The notes: generated by a model not told the origin, from the letters alone. DNA of 64,000 bases from Epiperipatus broadwayi (GCA_028023455.1 JAQFVV010000009.1:17174001-17238000); one strand, 5' to 3'. Positions 38,501 to 53,015 are shown, counted from the stretch's first letter. Numbers and translations are program-made.

Positions 38501-39560
38501 CATTATTCATGCAGCTATTTAAAGTTCAGAGATCACTCAATGCTTAATCAAAAATAGTTATGAAATGATAAAAGTAATTATTTAATGTTGATTAAATGAG
38601 TCCCAAATTTATGTTGTTGGTTTAGTGTCAAATAGTTTTGGGTTCAAAATTTCAAGGTAATTAAAATTTTAAGCCATTAGGTTAAATAGCATAAAATAAG
38701 TAAATAATGACTGATTAATAGATATAATGCAAACTAATGCTCATTACTAGAAGCCAAAAGAAACTATTTGAGGAAATGTGTATTTAATACACATATAGAA
38801 AATGCAATATAAGTTCTTTTATTGTTTTTGCCTACAAATGAATTCTCAGAAATAATTAAGTAATACATATATTTATATTCTTATCATTCTAAAATAATTT
38901 CTTACATCATGGGATATTGGCATTGGCTAATTCTTATTTTATTGAAAAATGTAAAAATTCTAATTACTATTTTTTTAATCCATATTTTTATTAGTAGCAG
39001 GATTATTACTAGTGCTTGAATAATTCATCATTTAAAGTTAAATTCAAAGTAGAAACAACTTAGATGAAATGTTTTGGTAACAACAGTGTTAAAATTGAAA
39101 CTTAAAAAAAGTATCACCAAATAATAATAAAAAGTTCTTAATCAAAATTTAAAAAATATAAAATGATCTTTTTAAAAAAAGAAAATATTCAAAATAATCA
39201 AACTTAGTAAATTTAAAAAAGCACTTACTCTCAATACGCTTAAAATAAACTTAGCTCAATTAGCTAAAAAGACCATGTTATTACATTAAAATGCCTTTGT
39301 AGAATATCATTCATTATTTCAATGTGTATTTCAACAATTTCCATAAAAATAAAAAAAATTATTAGTTTTCATTTATGTAGCAACCTTCTTCACTTAATTT
39401 GTAATTCTAAATCATTTATGGACATTTAAACATTTTTATCAAGTAACCTTATCAAATGCACCTACAAACATATTTTTATAAATAACTACAAAGGCAGAAT
39501 TAAAATACATACAATTTTCTACTTTCATAAGATGCTAAATTATCATAATTTAATACTCAC

Positions 39561-39695
39561 GACAGAATAACCACTTGCTAATGCAATATCTATAGCAGCT
39601 TCTCCATTAAAACATATTTTATTAGGATCGGCATTAGCATCTAATAGAACGCGAACAATGTGTCCATGACCTCGACTAGTGGCAAATATTAACGG
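39561..39695 (-). CDS. ASZ1: ASZ1/GASZ-like gene, ankyrin-repeat exon
   Basis: ttttaaag|CCG...GTC|gtgagt, 135 nt, phase 0/0. Encodes PLIFATSRGHGHIVRVLLDANADPNKICFNGEAAIDIALASGYSV, continuing the GWT-PL ankyrin motif across the intron. Confidence 0.88.
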
Positions 39696-40671
39696 CTTTA
39701 AAAAAATTTGCAATGACCATAAATTAAATAAACAAATAATAAAAACATATAAATAATTTAAATATAAAAAAAAAATCAGTAATTTAAATATTATTATTAA
39801 GATTTTGTTTTAAAATTTTTTTTTTTTTTACAAATGAAAAATATAAATGTGACTATAAATTATAAAACTGTAACTGTGAATCATAAATATAAATACAAAA
39901 TGAATATCATACATAATAACGTAAACACTAATTAGAACTATAAAATTCTATTTTATTACAAACCATATGTAAGATATATGAAATATTATATATTTGTCTT
40001 AGACCAATAGCATTACAGAACTTCCTCTTCTTCCATACACATATTAAATACAAAAAATTATAATAAAACCACCAACAACAAAAAAACCTCTTAATTATAT
40101 GTTTTTTATTATATTAGAAAAATTTTGATTGTTTAAGATAATCATCTTCAATTTGATATCACAAACATTTGAAATTAAAGTTGTTTGAATGTTTTATTAT
40201 AATTTATCTCAGATGTAACTTACTTTTTGAAGGAACTGCCTGCTAATAATGCATTTAGTTACATAATTTAAATCTCTATTACATGTTCTTTATCATAGAT
40301 AATTAATTATCATAATAAAAATTTGCAAATCTTTGCATCAAAAATGCATAGTTTATTTGTAAAGCATAATTTGCAGATCATTAAAATATGTAAATCATTA
40401 GTACTAAAAATAGCAACATATACTGTTCAAATCAAATATTTCTCAATAAAAATAATGCTATTTTATACTTGCCATTCTTAGATTATTAGCATCTCAATCT
40501 CGACATCATGATTACCCACTATTTTAGTGAAAGAATTTGCATGGGTTTTGTCAATCTCAAAAGTTACGCCAGTAATAGCTACAAGTAATACCATAATAGG
40601 TGGCGGCACTATCTTATCTATCCTAGGAGAATAGGATAGAATAGATGCATTAATAACGCGTTAATAGGGAG

Positions 40672-41225
40672 TTGGAGATATGGAGAACTAGTATAGAGAG
40701 TAAAAAGAATTTAAATATATATAAAAGTAAATGGAACATTGGATGTGAGTTAATTTATGATAATAGCAAGGAAAGTAGCTTACTGTTTAAGGCTCAAACG
40801 GAATCTTTAGCAACAAGGGAATATATATGCAAATGGAAAAATATGGGTGATTTAGTCTGCAAGTTGTGTAAGAAAGGCATAGAAAATATTAGGCATCTGT
40901 TGATTCAATGTAACTGCTTAAAAGCAGAAAGAGTAAAAATAATGAAGATATGGAAGACTAAATATAAACAAAGTGATTATACAGAAAGTGGGTTATTGGT
41001 TTTTATGCTGAAACTTGGAACAGATAAGGGGGATTTAGATATGAAGGCCATGGAAATGATAAAGATTATGTTGTGGAAATGAGATGGAGCAGGATATGGA
41101 GAAACTAAGGGTGGGGAATGAAAAGGAAAGATAAAGTGGCTAACAGGTTTCTCTGGACATAGTTGCTGAGAGATTCCTGACTCCGTATAAGGAGAAGTCA
41201 CAGTGCATCACATCACATAAAAATA
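40672..41225 (+). mobile_element. 5'-truncated non-LTR retrotransposon 3' end
   Basis: SSLLFKAQTESL...CKLCKKGIENIRHLLIQC (C-terminal CCHC zinc finger of LINE ORF2), then a short 3' UTR and an A-rich tail. Confidence 0.8.
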
Positions 41226-42689
41226 AATAACATTAATAAAAACTAAAAATGGATAATTACAGGCATGGATGGAATTTCTTTATAATGTCCATTATAATGT
41301 GAAAAAAAAAAAACAATGGCTAATAGAGCTTACAAAAGATTTAAAGTTTATGAGGAACAAAAAGAAATAGTGAATCTTTGAACTTGTCATCATCAAGATA
41401 GCTATTGACTCAATGAATTCATTATAGCAATTATTGTCATAATTAAATGTAGCTGATAGTATTCAAAGCATAATACTATTATTATGACATCAATCCATGC
41501 CAATAATGTATTGGCTGATAAATGATAGATATTGAAGAGAGATATAGCAAATATAAATTTGACTAGATTATTCATAGTTTAGCAATTTAAATAGTTTTTT
41601 TTTTTTTTAGTTAATTAATTCATGATTTTAACACTGAATGATTATACTTGTAAACTGCAAAATAAATTAAGAATAAATTGTCCAATGCAAAGTTAAGGCC
41701 TATTGAATATTTCTCTACAAAGAAATAGTAAAAAAGATAATAATGATCAGATACGGAAATGAATTATATAAAAATAGTTATTACAATGAATACATGCAAA
41801 CATATAAGTTATAATAGAGATATAACTAAAGGAGCTAAGACAATAACAAACATGCTTAATGCATGTTAACTTTCTGTTTAAATCCAATATTCTGATTTGA
41901 TTTAGTAAACTATTCTTGTAATAAAATATGGTTTTCCTTTTTTGCATTTTTAAATTTTTTTCAATGTCTTTTATTATTAATGTTGCTTTTTAAAGTTTGA
42001 TTGTCTAGCAATCTTTTTCAGAGAAATAATTGGAAAATTTATTATATATCAATGTAAAAATTTAATTATCTAGTAGTCTAGTCTTATTCAGTAATATAGA
42101 AGTCTGAAAAAGATTACTAAATAATTAAAACTGTTTAAAAAATTTTAAAATGAAAAAAAAAAAGTATATTTTAATACTTATAAAAAAAAAGCAAAAAAAA
42201 AAAAAAAGTATATTTTATTATACATAAAAGAAATACTAAAATAGAGAATATTTAAGAAACTATTATTGTATTCCTTAATCACTTTAACAGCAATTTTAAA
42301 ATGATTACTCTAAGTTTGACACTTGTCTGTTGATAATTAAAATTTTGTTCTAATCAATCAATCATTTAAATATCATATGAAAATATCTTAAAGGAATAAC
42401 TCTATCTCACAATTAAAACACAGATATCAGAAAGATATTTTAAAAATTGAACTTAGGATAAAATACAGGGAGACAATCATAATAATAGAAGTAGTCTGCA
42501 TGATGAAGTGCTATATTTACACATTCAAATGAAATCACAATTCAAGAACATAAAATGAAAGTATAACATAAAAAATTACTATTACTAAAATACAAAAAAC
42601 AATAAATAAAAGAGATATCCAAGATTAATTATAAGCTTAAATCAACTAATTCAATTTATCATAAATTGTAAATTTATTGGTAATTTTTA

Positions 42690-43520
42690 ATTTGTTACAT
42701 TTTAATTTACAAGTGTCAAATTTATTCCATCCACAACTTTGACATGATTCACTCTATATAAATATATTGATGATTATCACTAATCATTTATTAAACTAGA
42801 TATTAACCTTAGTCCAGATATAAAATTTAAACCACACTTAAAGATTAATATATCTGTTTTTAACTAAACACATATGCATGGAGCAATCCAATTTCATTTT
42901 TCTTTTTCCAAGTATAATGTCTATTATAAATGTATTTAAAAACCTTCACTCCACCATACATTCTTGAAATATAAGAATAAAGACTACTTAGAAAATCAAT
43001 GATTCCCAAGATTCAGTTTGTTCTCAACAGTTCTCATCAGTTGGCCCAGATCACAATCTTTCACATATATCTTTATCATAGGTTCAGTTTTTATCAATAT
43101 TAAATTATTAAATTTTTTACTAGTGTCAAATTTACTCTTCCCATAACTTTGACATAATCTACTCTAGATAAATATATTAATGATTACTACTAATTATATA
43201 TTAAGTGCAGATTATCCTTAGCCCAGATATCTTTAATTGAGGTTTAGAGTTTATATATGGCCTAGGGATTATCTCTAGTTTAATAAATAATTATCAATAA
43301 TCATTAATATAGAGTGGATAAAGTCAAAGTTATGGGTGGAGAAAATTTGACACTTGTAAATCAAAATATAAAATTTACTATTGATAAATCCTGAACATGT
43401 TAAAGGTATATGAGAAAGATTGTGACCTGATGGGTGTTGCTTAATATGAAATGCATCTTGTGAATCTTTGATTTTTTAAGGTATCTTAATTCATGTTTCA
43501 AGAATGTATGGTAGAGTGAA
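42690..43520. repeat. Repeat family B: ~420 bp unit, tandem plus inverted, with degenerate hammerhead-like cores
   Basis: AGTGTCAAATTT...ACTTTGACAT at ~42700 and ~43123 (direct) and ~43325-43355 (inverted). 42925-43240 pairs with 43260-43520. Confidence 0.85.
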
Positions 43521-46279
43521 GGTTATTAAATAGATCTATAGAATTTTTAATATAACTGAATTTATAACTATAAAAAAAAAAAAATACTATTTTATCTTGC
43601 TGCAGTTAAATGTATATGATTCAATATGGTAAAGTTTATATAAAAGTCAGATCACCGAAATATAAAGAAAAACCTCATTGTCAATAGAAAATGATAATTG
43701 GTAATTTGAAATCTAGGTTACAGCAAACATAGTTTTGAATATTGTATAACATATAATGCAAATCTTCAAAGTAGAAAGATCACTAGAAATTATTAAAATT
43801 TCTTATACTAAGAACAAACATTTACCATAGCTCCGGCAAAAGTGGAAACTAATGTTGGATACGAATAAATTAATTAAACTGACCTCTTAAATAAAAGTAT
43901 AAAAAAAACTATTGTAAAATTATCTATAAAATTAATTCAAATTATTAACTGTATAATTTGTTTGCACTGAAGTGTATATGAAAGAAGTGTTATAAGCAAT
44001 ATATATATAACTGTATAATTTATAATGAATGTCCAATACCTATTATGTGATTATTATTTATTTTCATAACAAAAAATAATTTTATAATCATGGATCAGTT
44101 TTCTTCTTCTCTCCTTATTTTCATTGGACTTGCAATTCGCTAAAGCTCTTATAACTTCCTCATTAATTTGATTTAATGAATATTAAATTAAGATCAAATC
44201 TGTTGTAAACTATAAGGAAAACAAAACTTAAAAAAAGATTGTAGGAAAATCGAAATTTTGATACTATATAATAAAGTAAAATATTGCAAAGATTAAGTAT
44301 AAAAATGGATAAAATATAGAATAATATGCAAGGCTAACAGAAAAGAGAGTATTGGTTAAATAACATTTTTATTAGTGCGTAAATACATTAAAGATTTTAT
44401 AAATATTTAAAAATCCAATATAGACAATTAAACTTACAATAGATACATTAATTTAAATAATTTATTGTTAACTGATAAGAGATTTTTAAATAATCATCTA
44501 CATCATACTAAGAGTTTTAAAAAAAGACAGTTTTTGTTCAATTTTATCAGATACTTGAAGTTCAAGTTTTAAAAAAAAAAAAAACTTCTACAATGTGTGA
44601 ATTTTAATTTAAAATATAATTACTCTTGAAAAGATTTTTTTTCAGGCAATTTTACATCTCATGTAAGACAAGACAGAATGAAATAATAAATCGTACAATT
44701 TCTTCAGTAACCTGTGTATTTAAGTACAATGATAAAAGAATAGCTTCAAAAACTAAAAGCTTATAAGTTCTGTATCAATTCCTAGCTGGAAAAAAAAATT
44801 CAATAAAACAATTGAATAGAATTACTATGCTAAACTTGACATTTAAGTGCTCAAACATAACATAATGTCTCAAACAATGACAATATAAGTATTATATTTC
44901 CTCAATTAAACATCTTAATTTTTTTAACAAGATAAATATTATACAAAAAATATATTTTCCCCAAATAAAACTGGGGGGGGGGGGGGGAGAAATACTTTAC
45001 ACTGATCAAAAGATTTTGGATAAATTAAAAAAATTATAATTCAACTAATATTATTAAAAATCAAAATAACTATAATCATTAGAGTTAACATATTAATTTA
45101 TTATGAACTAATGATCATGTAATTATTTTAACATTAATGTTGACTTAATTAAAAATATATTATCTATTTAAATATGAACTAGATTTTTATATTAATAATT
45201 TTTCAAATAATTTTTTTTTTCTTTAGATTATATATTTCCTTTTTAGATGTGCATGTAATTTATTATTAACACTTTTTTTATTGTAAATGCATATATGTTA
45301 TTTCTAATGTTTTTCAACTCATTACAATTAAGCATAAGAAAATATCATCCAGACTGTAACTCACTAATTTTAAACATATGAAGATGATAATTATTACTAT
45401 TCTCATGTTGTTAATTGAATTCATGGGTTCACTCACATTAAAAAGACAGTGTGTACCATTGAAAAAATGATTGATTCTTTCTTCAAGCTGCCTGCAGCAT
45501 CAATTCTTAATCAATATTTGTATAGTTACAGTTTAGCTATTCACCACAAAAATTTTATGAACACTTAGTATGTCTGTACCATAAGTTATGATATAAAACG
45601 TGATAATGTATTTTGTATCTTTGTTGATTACCTTCAATGCTCTCCCTACTATCATGAAATTTTACACTCCAATTAAAATCATTCTTATGACTTATAACTT
45701 CATTACCATACATAATTTGAATCATTTCAAAATTTCAGTAACAGATTTGCCCAAATTTAAATAAAATTTAATAGTAGCATGTTGTTTCAATCATAGATTA
45801 AAATATGAAATACAGTCACATGTTATGTATAACTCTTAGGGCCTCAACATTTTTTATAGTAAACCGCTAAATTATAAACTATGGCGTTAAGAAACCACAC
45901 ATCAAACCAGATATGTCAATGAAGGCAGTTGGAGATAGGGAGAAAAACTTCCTGGCATAATAGTTAACATATCCATTTTTTGTCACTTTCCTTCTAACTT
46001 CTTTAAATAATTTTATTTAAATTTCCTCTAAAAAATGTTATTAATTCACAAAATTTCTACCAAAATTGCATTAATAATACATATTGTACTTTTTAGATTT
46101 TGAATAAAATGTTAATCAAATAACTGATTAGATCCATCTCTATGTTAAAAAAAAGGGAAAAATAGTAGATATATAGGAAATAATATCTAAAAACAGTTTT
46201 ATAAATTCCAATTGGTTTATTTTCATTATATTTGCAATATAAATATGTTTAGTTTAACAATCATACCAACTCTCTTACT

Positions 46280-47050
46280 TATAAAAAGTAGTTAGTCATT
46301 AACTTCATTTTCAATATTACTGATTTGTTACATGATGAAAGTCTATCGAACTTTATTCCAATTTTCGTAACTTCTCTTTTTTATATCATTCCAACAAATT
46401 ATCACACCTCATCAATCTTTCTCACATGCAGCCTTTTTCTTTATATCTTATTCAATTTGTCCATTTCTTCTAACAAAGTATCCCTCCTCTTCATTAATCA
46501 TTATATATCTCTTACTATTATTATTGATTTATAATGCTCTATAATATCTGATTCTTAATCACCATTTCTATCAGTTCATATATCTGCAAATTTCTCTAAT
46601 GTTCTGTATCTATTCCTTTTTTCCAAATTTTTGGATGCCTTCTTTTTCTCTTTCCTAATAATGTGCAGTTTAATATTTATTTTGATAATTGTCTTATTCT
46701 GATTTCATTTACTATACAATGTTCAATATTCATTATTCCCCAAATTCTTTTATTGCTTATTCATTCTCTCTTTAATCTTCCGGCAAATATTGACCAGTAA
46801 ATCCATTTCTGTAACTATCAACTCTCTTTCTGTTTTTTCCTTCAATTGCCTAACCTTACTTCAATAAATAATGATATTTTTTTTTATTCATTATTTATTC
46901 ATTTTTGATATATTCTCATTTCATGACATTCCATTTATCATTACTATAGCTTTCTATCTGATACATTTCTTTCTCATATACCTTCCTCTGTTGTTATTCT
47001 TGTGTAATCTTCATGCCTCAATACTTATATTTCTCACATCTCTTCGTGTG
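46280..47050 (-). mobile_element. Decayed LINE 3' region (RTE-like)
   Basis: Minus strand LLGKRKRRHPKIWKKGI resembles the GKR.RGRP..RW motif. Purine-rich coding-like bias on the minus strand. Confidence 0.5.
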
Positions 47051-47386
47051 TAAAAAAAGTTCTCTCAGCTTAAGAATGATAAAGATATTGTTAAATGAAT
47101 GAATATATTTTATATACATTACTTTTTGCAATTAAAATCTTTTCATGAAACTAAAATACTTCAATAATCCTTATTCTTGAAAATTTCTCCATACTCAGCC
47201 ATAAATCCAATATTTCACTTTAAAGTAGACTAATTTTTGTTCCTTTAAAATAGCATTTTCTCAAATCTCCATTAAAAAATTATAGATAAGTTTTGACAAT
47301 TCTTTTTAGGCATGTTCAGTAGAAACAAATTAATAATTATTCAAATAGATGGCTATTCTATTGGTGAATAACTGAACTTGTATATA

Positions 47387-48546
47387 TACCTGGGTCTCGT
47401 TTTACGCGATAAATAGGTTCCTCAGAAAACACGCGCAAACGAAATCGCGCAAAAATAGACGTAACTTACATTGAAAAAGGGGGGATGCTGTCTGTGATTT
47501 TTCAAAATTCGCGTAAAAGCAAAGCACCAACGTAAAATTACTTTAAAATTCGCACAAAAAAAAAAAATAAGGAAATAAAATATGACTAATAAAAAATTTC
47601 AAATTTGAAAAAAATTGATACAAGACAAACTTTTTTTAACTATAATATTTAATTTTATTCAAAATAATCTATTTTTATGCATAATTTACAGTACAGTAAT
47701 TTACATTTTTTTATACACGTTTTAATTATTATCGCTATTTGCCGAAAAACACGTTCGTTTGCAAACTGGTAAAAAATCAGATTCCCACAAGAGGAAATAC
47801 AACTAGCGCCAAGTTCATTCTCATGTTGTGTTAATGGTTTTCTGTTGATAACATAATTAGTAATTAATCTTTGAGACGATGATTTTATTAATTGTTTATG
47901 AACTTAGACTTATGATAATAAAAGGATATTTATTCACCACTGCTGGGAAAAATTTAATTAAAACTAACAACTAAAAATTAAATTCTTATTTTTGTCTTTA
48001 ATTTTCAATTCCGTTTAAAAATCAAATTTTGTTTTACATCAAATTAATTTCAAGTCGCCCGTAAGTAATTTTTAAATTGTTAATTACAATTAAAAATCAG
48101 ATTTTAATTTTTAATTGTGCCCACTGCTATTACTGACCTTTTAAAAATAAACTTGTGGACACTAAATGATTAATAATTGATTACGTTCTTTTTTAAAAAG
48201 CAAAAACAGAATGTGATTTAAAATGCAAAATTAACACGCACAATGTTTGAACAAATTTACATTATAATCTTGTAAAATTTAATGTGTGTATACATAAAAT
48301 GTGGAAATCATGATTTTAATTTCATTATTGCATAAAATCTTACTATTATAAAGCACTGAAAATATTGAAATTATTAAGATGAAAGTAGAATTCCAATAAT
48401 GTGCTATTACTTTCAATATAACATAAGTGCACGAAATTTATTACTTAAAGTAATAGCGCATTATCGGAGGTCGACTTCCGGTGAAACACGAATCGCGTAA
48501 CTTCAAAATCGTGTTAAATAAGTCCACGTAAAAAGAGATCCAGGTG
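47387..48546 (+). mobile_element. TA-flanked MITE (Tc1/mariner/pogo-type termini), 1160 bp
   Basis: TA|TACCTGGGTCTCGTTTTACGCG at the left versus CACGTAAAAAGAGATCCAGGTG|TA at the right (reverse complement CACCTGGATCTCTTTTTACGTG). Second copy at 5360-6557. Confidence 0.82.
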
Positions 48547-49232
48547 TATATAAAAAAAAGTAATGGTAGCCCATGTTCAGAACTCATAAATTTAAGACCA
48601 ATACTAAAGATGTTATCAAATTACAATCATGCTTTGTTTTATAACTAACATTTCAATTTTCATTTGAACAACTCATATGATCTTATGACCTTTAACTTCC
48701 AATTAAAAAAAGTCAGAGATCTATTAATCTATCAATATTGGATGGCTAGCTGGACTTCTGGACAAGCTAATTGGAAAAACTTTTAGTTTCAAAAAATCTT
48801 TAAATGTCTAAAAAAAAATTGTAATTTGAACTCAAATCATGCATATGACAAGTAAATGCACTTACCACTTCAATGCAATATCCTTATTTGTATACTACTA
48901 TACCCAAGTATTTGTGCTTCCTTCCCAGAAGAAGGTTCAACAATAAATCATCAGGATATAAAAACAAAATTAGTGCTATATTTGATCATCATTTATAATA
49001 ATTGCCAAAAGACAGCAACTTCATACATTTCATATTATACTACACTAGCCTAAAAACAACCCCTTGTTTCTACAATAGGCTATTAAGGGCTGTTTTATTT
49101 CTTAAACTTTAATGAAATATATAATAAAACAAATATAAGTAGATCTTTGTGAATTAAAATATCTATCATTTAGGATTCAACAGTGTATAAAAATACTATT
49201 CTATATTTCTGTTGGGAGGGCTTTATTCTTAC

Positions 49233-49344
49233 CGTCCATCCTCTAACATCCTGGACATTAACCTTAGCTTCATGATGAAGTAATATATTGACTACTGATT
49301 CCCTCCCTTCTTGTGCAGCAAACATTAAGGTTGTCATATAATAT
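49233..49344 (-). CDS. ASZ1: ASZ1/GASZ-like gene, ankyrin-repeat exon (most 5' exon found)
   Basis: Reverse strand reads tatag|A TAT TAT ATG...TGG ACG|gtaaga, 112 nt. Encodes YYMTTLMFAAQEGRESVVNILLHHEAKVNVQDVRGWT, a canonical ankyrin repeat. Its phase-0 end joins 39695. Confidence 0.85.
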
Positions 49345-49749
49345 CTATATAATCAAACAATAGAAGCTTTTATTAATGCATTAAATAAAAAAATTGAAAT
49401 TTAATTTTATTTATAATAAGTTATAAATGACAATCCTGTATTCACATTAATAAAAACAATTATTATTATGTATGGGATTATTCCTTATCTAAATAGTAAA
49501 ACATATATAAAAAAACCATTAATAAATTTATTGTTATTAAAACTACATTTTATTCACATTACAAAAAAAAAAAAAAATGACAACAAGCCACATAAGTTAA
49601 ATGATTATTGCAGATTTTAAAATTTTGATTAATCAAATAAGTAGAATAGAATTACAGACATTGTATATTAGAGAAAATACTATAATATTACATGACCACC
49701 ATTTTTTATGCTACATAATCTGTTAATATATTACCAACTTTTTCTATAC

Positions 49750-50370
49750 AATATTGCCATCTAATGCAAGCCATATTAATCAATAAATGCTAGGAAGTTA
49801 TCCCTATCTAGTGCCTACTCATCCAATATCCCCAGACTAATTTTATAACTTATGGCTTTCATCAGTAAATAGTCTCTAAGAGTAGTGCACTTAAATCCTT
49901 GAACCAAATGTGAATTAGCTTGAATTGAAAACATTATTGTTTTCAATTTGGGTTCGTAGCTTTATAGGTAACTAAAAAAGTAAAAAGTGGCTGCTGGAGA
50001 AATGCATTAAATTCAAAGATCTAAGAGCCATGCTCTCAGATCCAAGGCTCTTCAGTGATAAAAGTCATAAGCAAGAAATTAGTATGAGGATATTGGATGA
50101 GTAGGCATTAGACATAGATTTTGATGCACTAATGTTCTAGCATCTATTGATTACTATGGTTTGCACTATATGGCAATATTTCAAGAAATTTTTGTTTTTG
50201 CCACTCTTAAGCATTATCTTAACAAGTTTAATGCTATTTCATAAATCTGCAACAACTCTCTGCATACAGTAGTGTCATACAGTGCAAGCCATAGTAATCA
50301 CTGGATGCCAGAAGATTTTTGTATCAAAATCCCCATCTAGTGTCTACTCATCCATTATCTCCAGACTATC
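49750..50370. repeat. Repeat family A, locus 4: old diverged inverted copies
   Basis: TCCCTATCTAGTGCCTACTCATCCAATATCCCCAGAC at 49801, inverted arm ~49920-50190, third partial piece ~50245-50368. Hammerhead cores decayed. Confidence 0.85.
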
Positions 50371-50629
50371 CTATTCATTGTAATCTCATTCTCATCACTG
50401 AAATCTTTTCCTTGCAGAGTTTTTGTTATCACTTTTAACCACTTGGTGACAATTCTCTTCTGTTCTGACAATCTTCACATTTCATATTCCTACTCTTTAT
50501 AATCTCATTCATATTATTCTTCGGATTTGTTTAAAGTTATTTCACTCAGAATTGTATCAATTTGAATACTTTGCAAGGAAGCATTTTTTCTTCTATCCTT
50601 CAGTCATAATTAAACCATGCAAACTGCCC

Positions 50630-50885
50630 ATGTTCATATAATATTTCTCATAAAATTACTTTCATGCCTCATTTTATCCAATCTTTTTAAAATTACTTTG
50701 ATCATTTTAAATCATACAAACTGCCTGTCTTAACATTTCTCATCAAATTACTTCATGCCTCATTTTATCTAATCTTTTTTTAAATTACTCTGGTCATGTT
50801 TACATCATACATACTGCCTGTCTTCATATAACATTTCTCATCAAATTACTTCATGCTTGATTTTATTAAATCTTCTTTAAATTAC
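50630..50885 (+). repeat. ~88 bp tandem repeat, three copies
   Basis: ACTGCC...ACATTTCTCATCAAATTACTTCATGC.T.ATTTTAT..AATCTT..TTAAATTACT repeated three times. Confidence 0.85.
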
Positions 50886-51639
50886 TCCTTTTTAAATAAA
50901 TCCATTTTAGTGGTATGTAATATTTTTAAATTATTCCTTTAAAAAATCCATTTACTCACATATAATTTTTCTCAATTTTTTTTACTCATATTCTACTTAT
51001 CTGTCCCTATAGCATTGCAATCTGCATCAAAAAAAAAAAAAAGATTAATAACCATTTACTCATATCAAAAGTTTTATACTTTCAAAATTTTTTTTGATCT
51101 TTTAAAATTTTTGTTATTTCCTAATTTATAAAATGGTCATATATATATATAAATTTTAATAATACAATAAATAAATCAATAGATATGTATAAACAAAAAA
51201 AAAAGGAACATTTTTAAATAAAATATATTCAAGATAAAGTCAAAATTTAATTACAAAATAGAATATTATATTTGTGTCATCAGTTGTTTTTTTTTTTTAA
51301 ATCTTTCTCTAGTAGATATATTTTCTTATCAATTTATTATGCCATCAATGATTCTATCTCAAATGGTACATTCAATTTAGAAACAGTTATGACAATTCAA
51401 TTTTTAAAAGAGGATATGTTCGATTTTTAACAGTGAACATATTTCTTTATCAATTTTTGAACAACAATAGTTGTCTCATATGCAGAGATTATACAACAAC
51501 TTAAAAAAAAAACTATAACAATCCAATTTCTAAATGAGATTATGTTTCGACTTTTGTTTTTAAAAAATATTTTAAGTATTTTGTTTTAAGTAAAGGAAAA
51601 GCAGGAAAATAAATAAATCTCAAGTATATATATATATTG

Positions 51640-53015
51640 TAAAAGGAATCACCCACAAAATAAACAATATGTAAATTATTTCAGTTTAGAAGAAAATGAC
51701 TACCAAACAGGCACCCGGGTGCATGGTGGGGTAACTATAACAAAAAAATGTTATCCTAATTTGAAAATAGGAGCTTACATCAACTAAAAGCCTTTATGCA
51801 ATGGCAACCAAATTTCTTGATTATCATCCTCTCCACATTTAAAACTATTATTCTAATGAAATATGAAAATAATATACTGCCTAAATTGGATGAGAAAATT
51901 TATGAGAAACAAAATAAATTTATTTAATACAACAATAGAATATACACAATATAACTTTTATACTTACATGATAAATAAAATATGGAATATACATGACAGA
52001 AAATATTTTAAATTTAATATTTTCATTCTATTATATCTAAATTTATGTCTAACAAGTAGGAAAAAACATCAATATTTCAATTTTTATTAGAGAAAATGAG
52101 TATTTTGCAAATAACATTTCTTTTGATTCTATTATTTAAATTATTATTTATTCAATAAATTCATTCTAATATTCTTACCAATTTTTTTTGTTTTCTGTTG
52201 AGATCAACACTTTTATACAGTAATACCAAATTAATATCGAGATCTTTGGTCATAACTAACTATCCTCATAGTTCCATTTCTAGTTTATGAAGAGTTTAAC
52301 TTGAATATTTATTCGGAAATAATAAGTACCTTTTTTGTAGTTGTGCTTTATAATTAAAGAAATCAAAGATGAGTAAAATGTTCTCTTCCTTGGTGATTTC
52401 TTCTTGTAATTTTTAATTGATTTCTAAATTTTATTTATTTATTTAAGTATCTAGTTTTTTTTTTATAGTGTCTGTAAATACAATCGAGCACTGGTAGTTA
52501 AATTTGGCATTATTCAATATAATTAGGAAATTATCAGTTTCATGAAGCTACATTTCCAAAAAGATAAAGAAATATTCCAACTCAGATTTCACACTATCAT
52601 TATAAATACATATGTAAAAATGCAATCATTTTCATAGCTCTAATTTTACAAGCAGTATAAAGAACTGATCTACATATCAATTTTTTATAGCAGATGATAC
52701 TAATTTTATTTTTTTATCTGGCAATTGTCCAAATACTATAGCAACCATTGGAAAATCTAAATTAAGTTTGTTCCATTAGGTTTTTTTTATAATTAACAAT
52801 ATTTTTAAAAATAATTAATTTTATTTTTGAAATATTATTTTCAAAATAAACAAAGAAATAATCTTTTATTTCTTACAAATTATTTTGTTTCCAATTTGTT
52901 AATATATTATTATTTGTTTTTTAAAAATATATAAATAAATAAACTTATTACAAAGTTTTTTTAAAACACATAACTTTTTTTTTTTAAGTCATACATGTGA
53001 AACTACATCAGAAAG
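51640..53015 (+). repeat. Diverged ~1.4 kb direct repeat, copy 1
   Basis: Colinear blocks shared with 61060-62450, e.g. AACTATTATTCTAATGAAATATGAAAATAATATACT, TTTTGTTTTCTGTTGAGATCAACAC, ATAGCAACCATTGGAA. Confidence 0.85.

Noticed and set aside
38456-38514. Apparent exon with acceptor aaatag and donor gtaaga in phase 0/2
   Set aside because: In-frame TAA TGA at codons 4-5; the exon at 21651-21727 fills that role without stops.
44974-44988. Poly-G runs here and at ~62801-62817
   Set aside because: Simple homopolymers with no surrounding structure.
52700-52770. PMVAIVFGQLPDK as a MULE transposase motif
   Set aside because: The upstream DGTF and QLY motifs were not found in the expected order.
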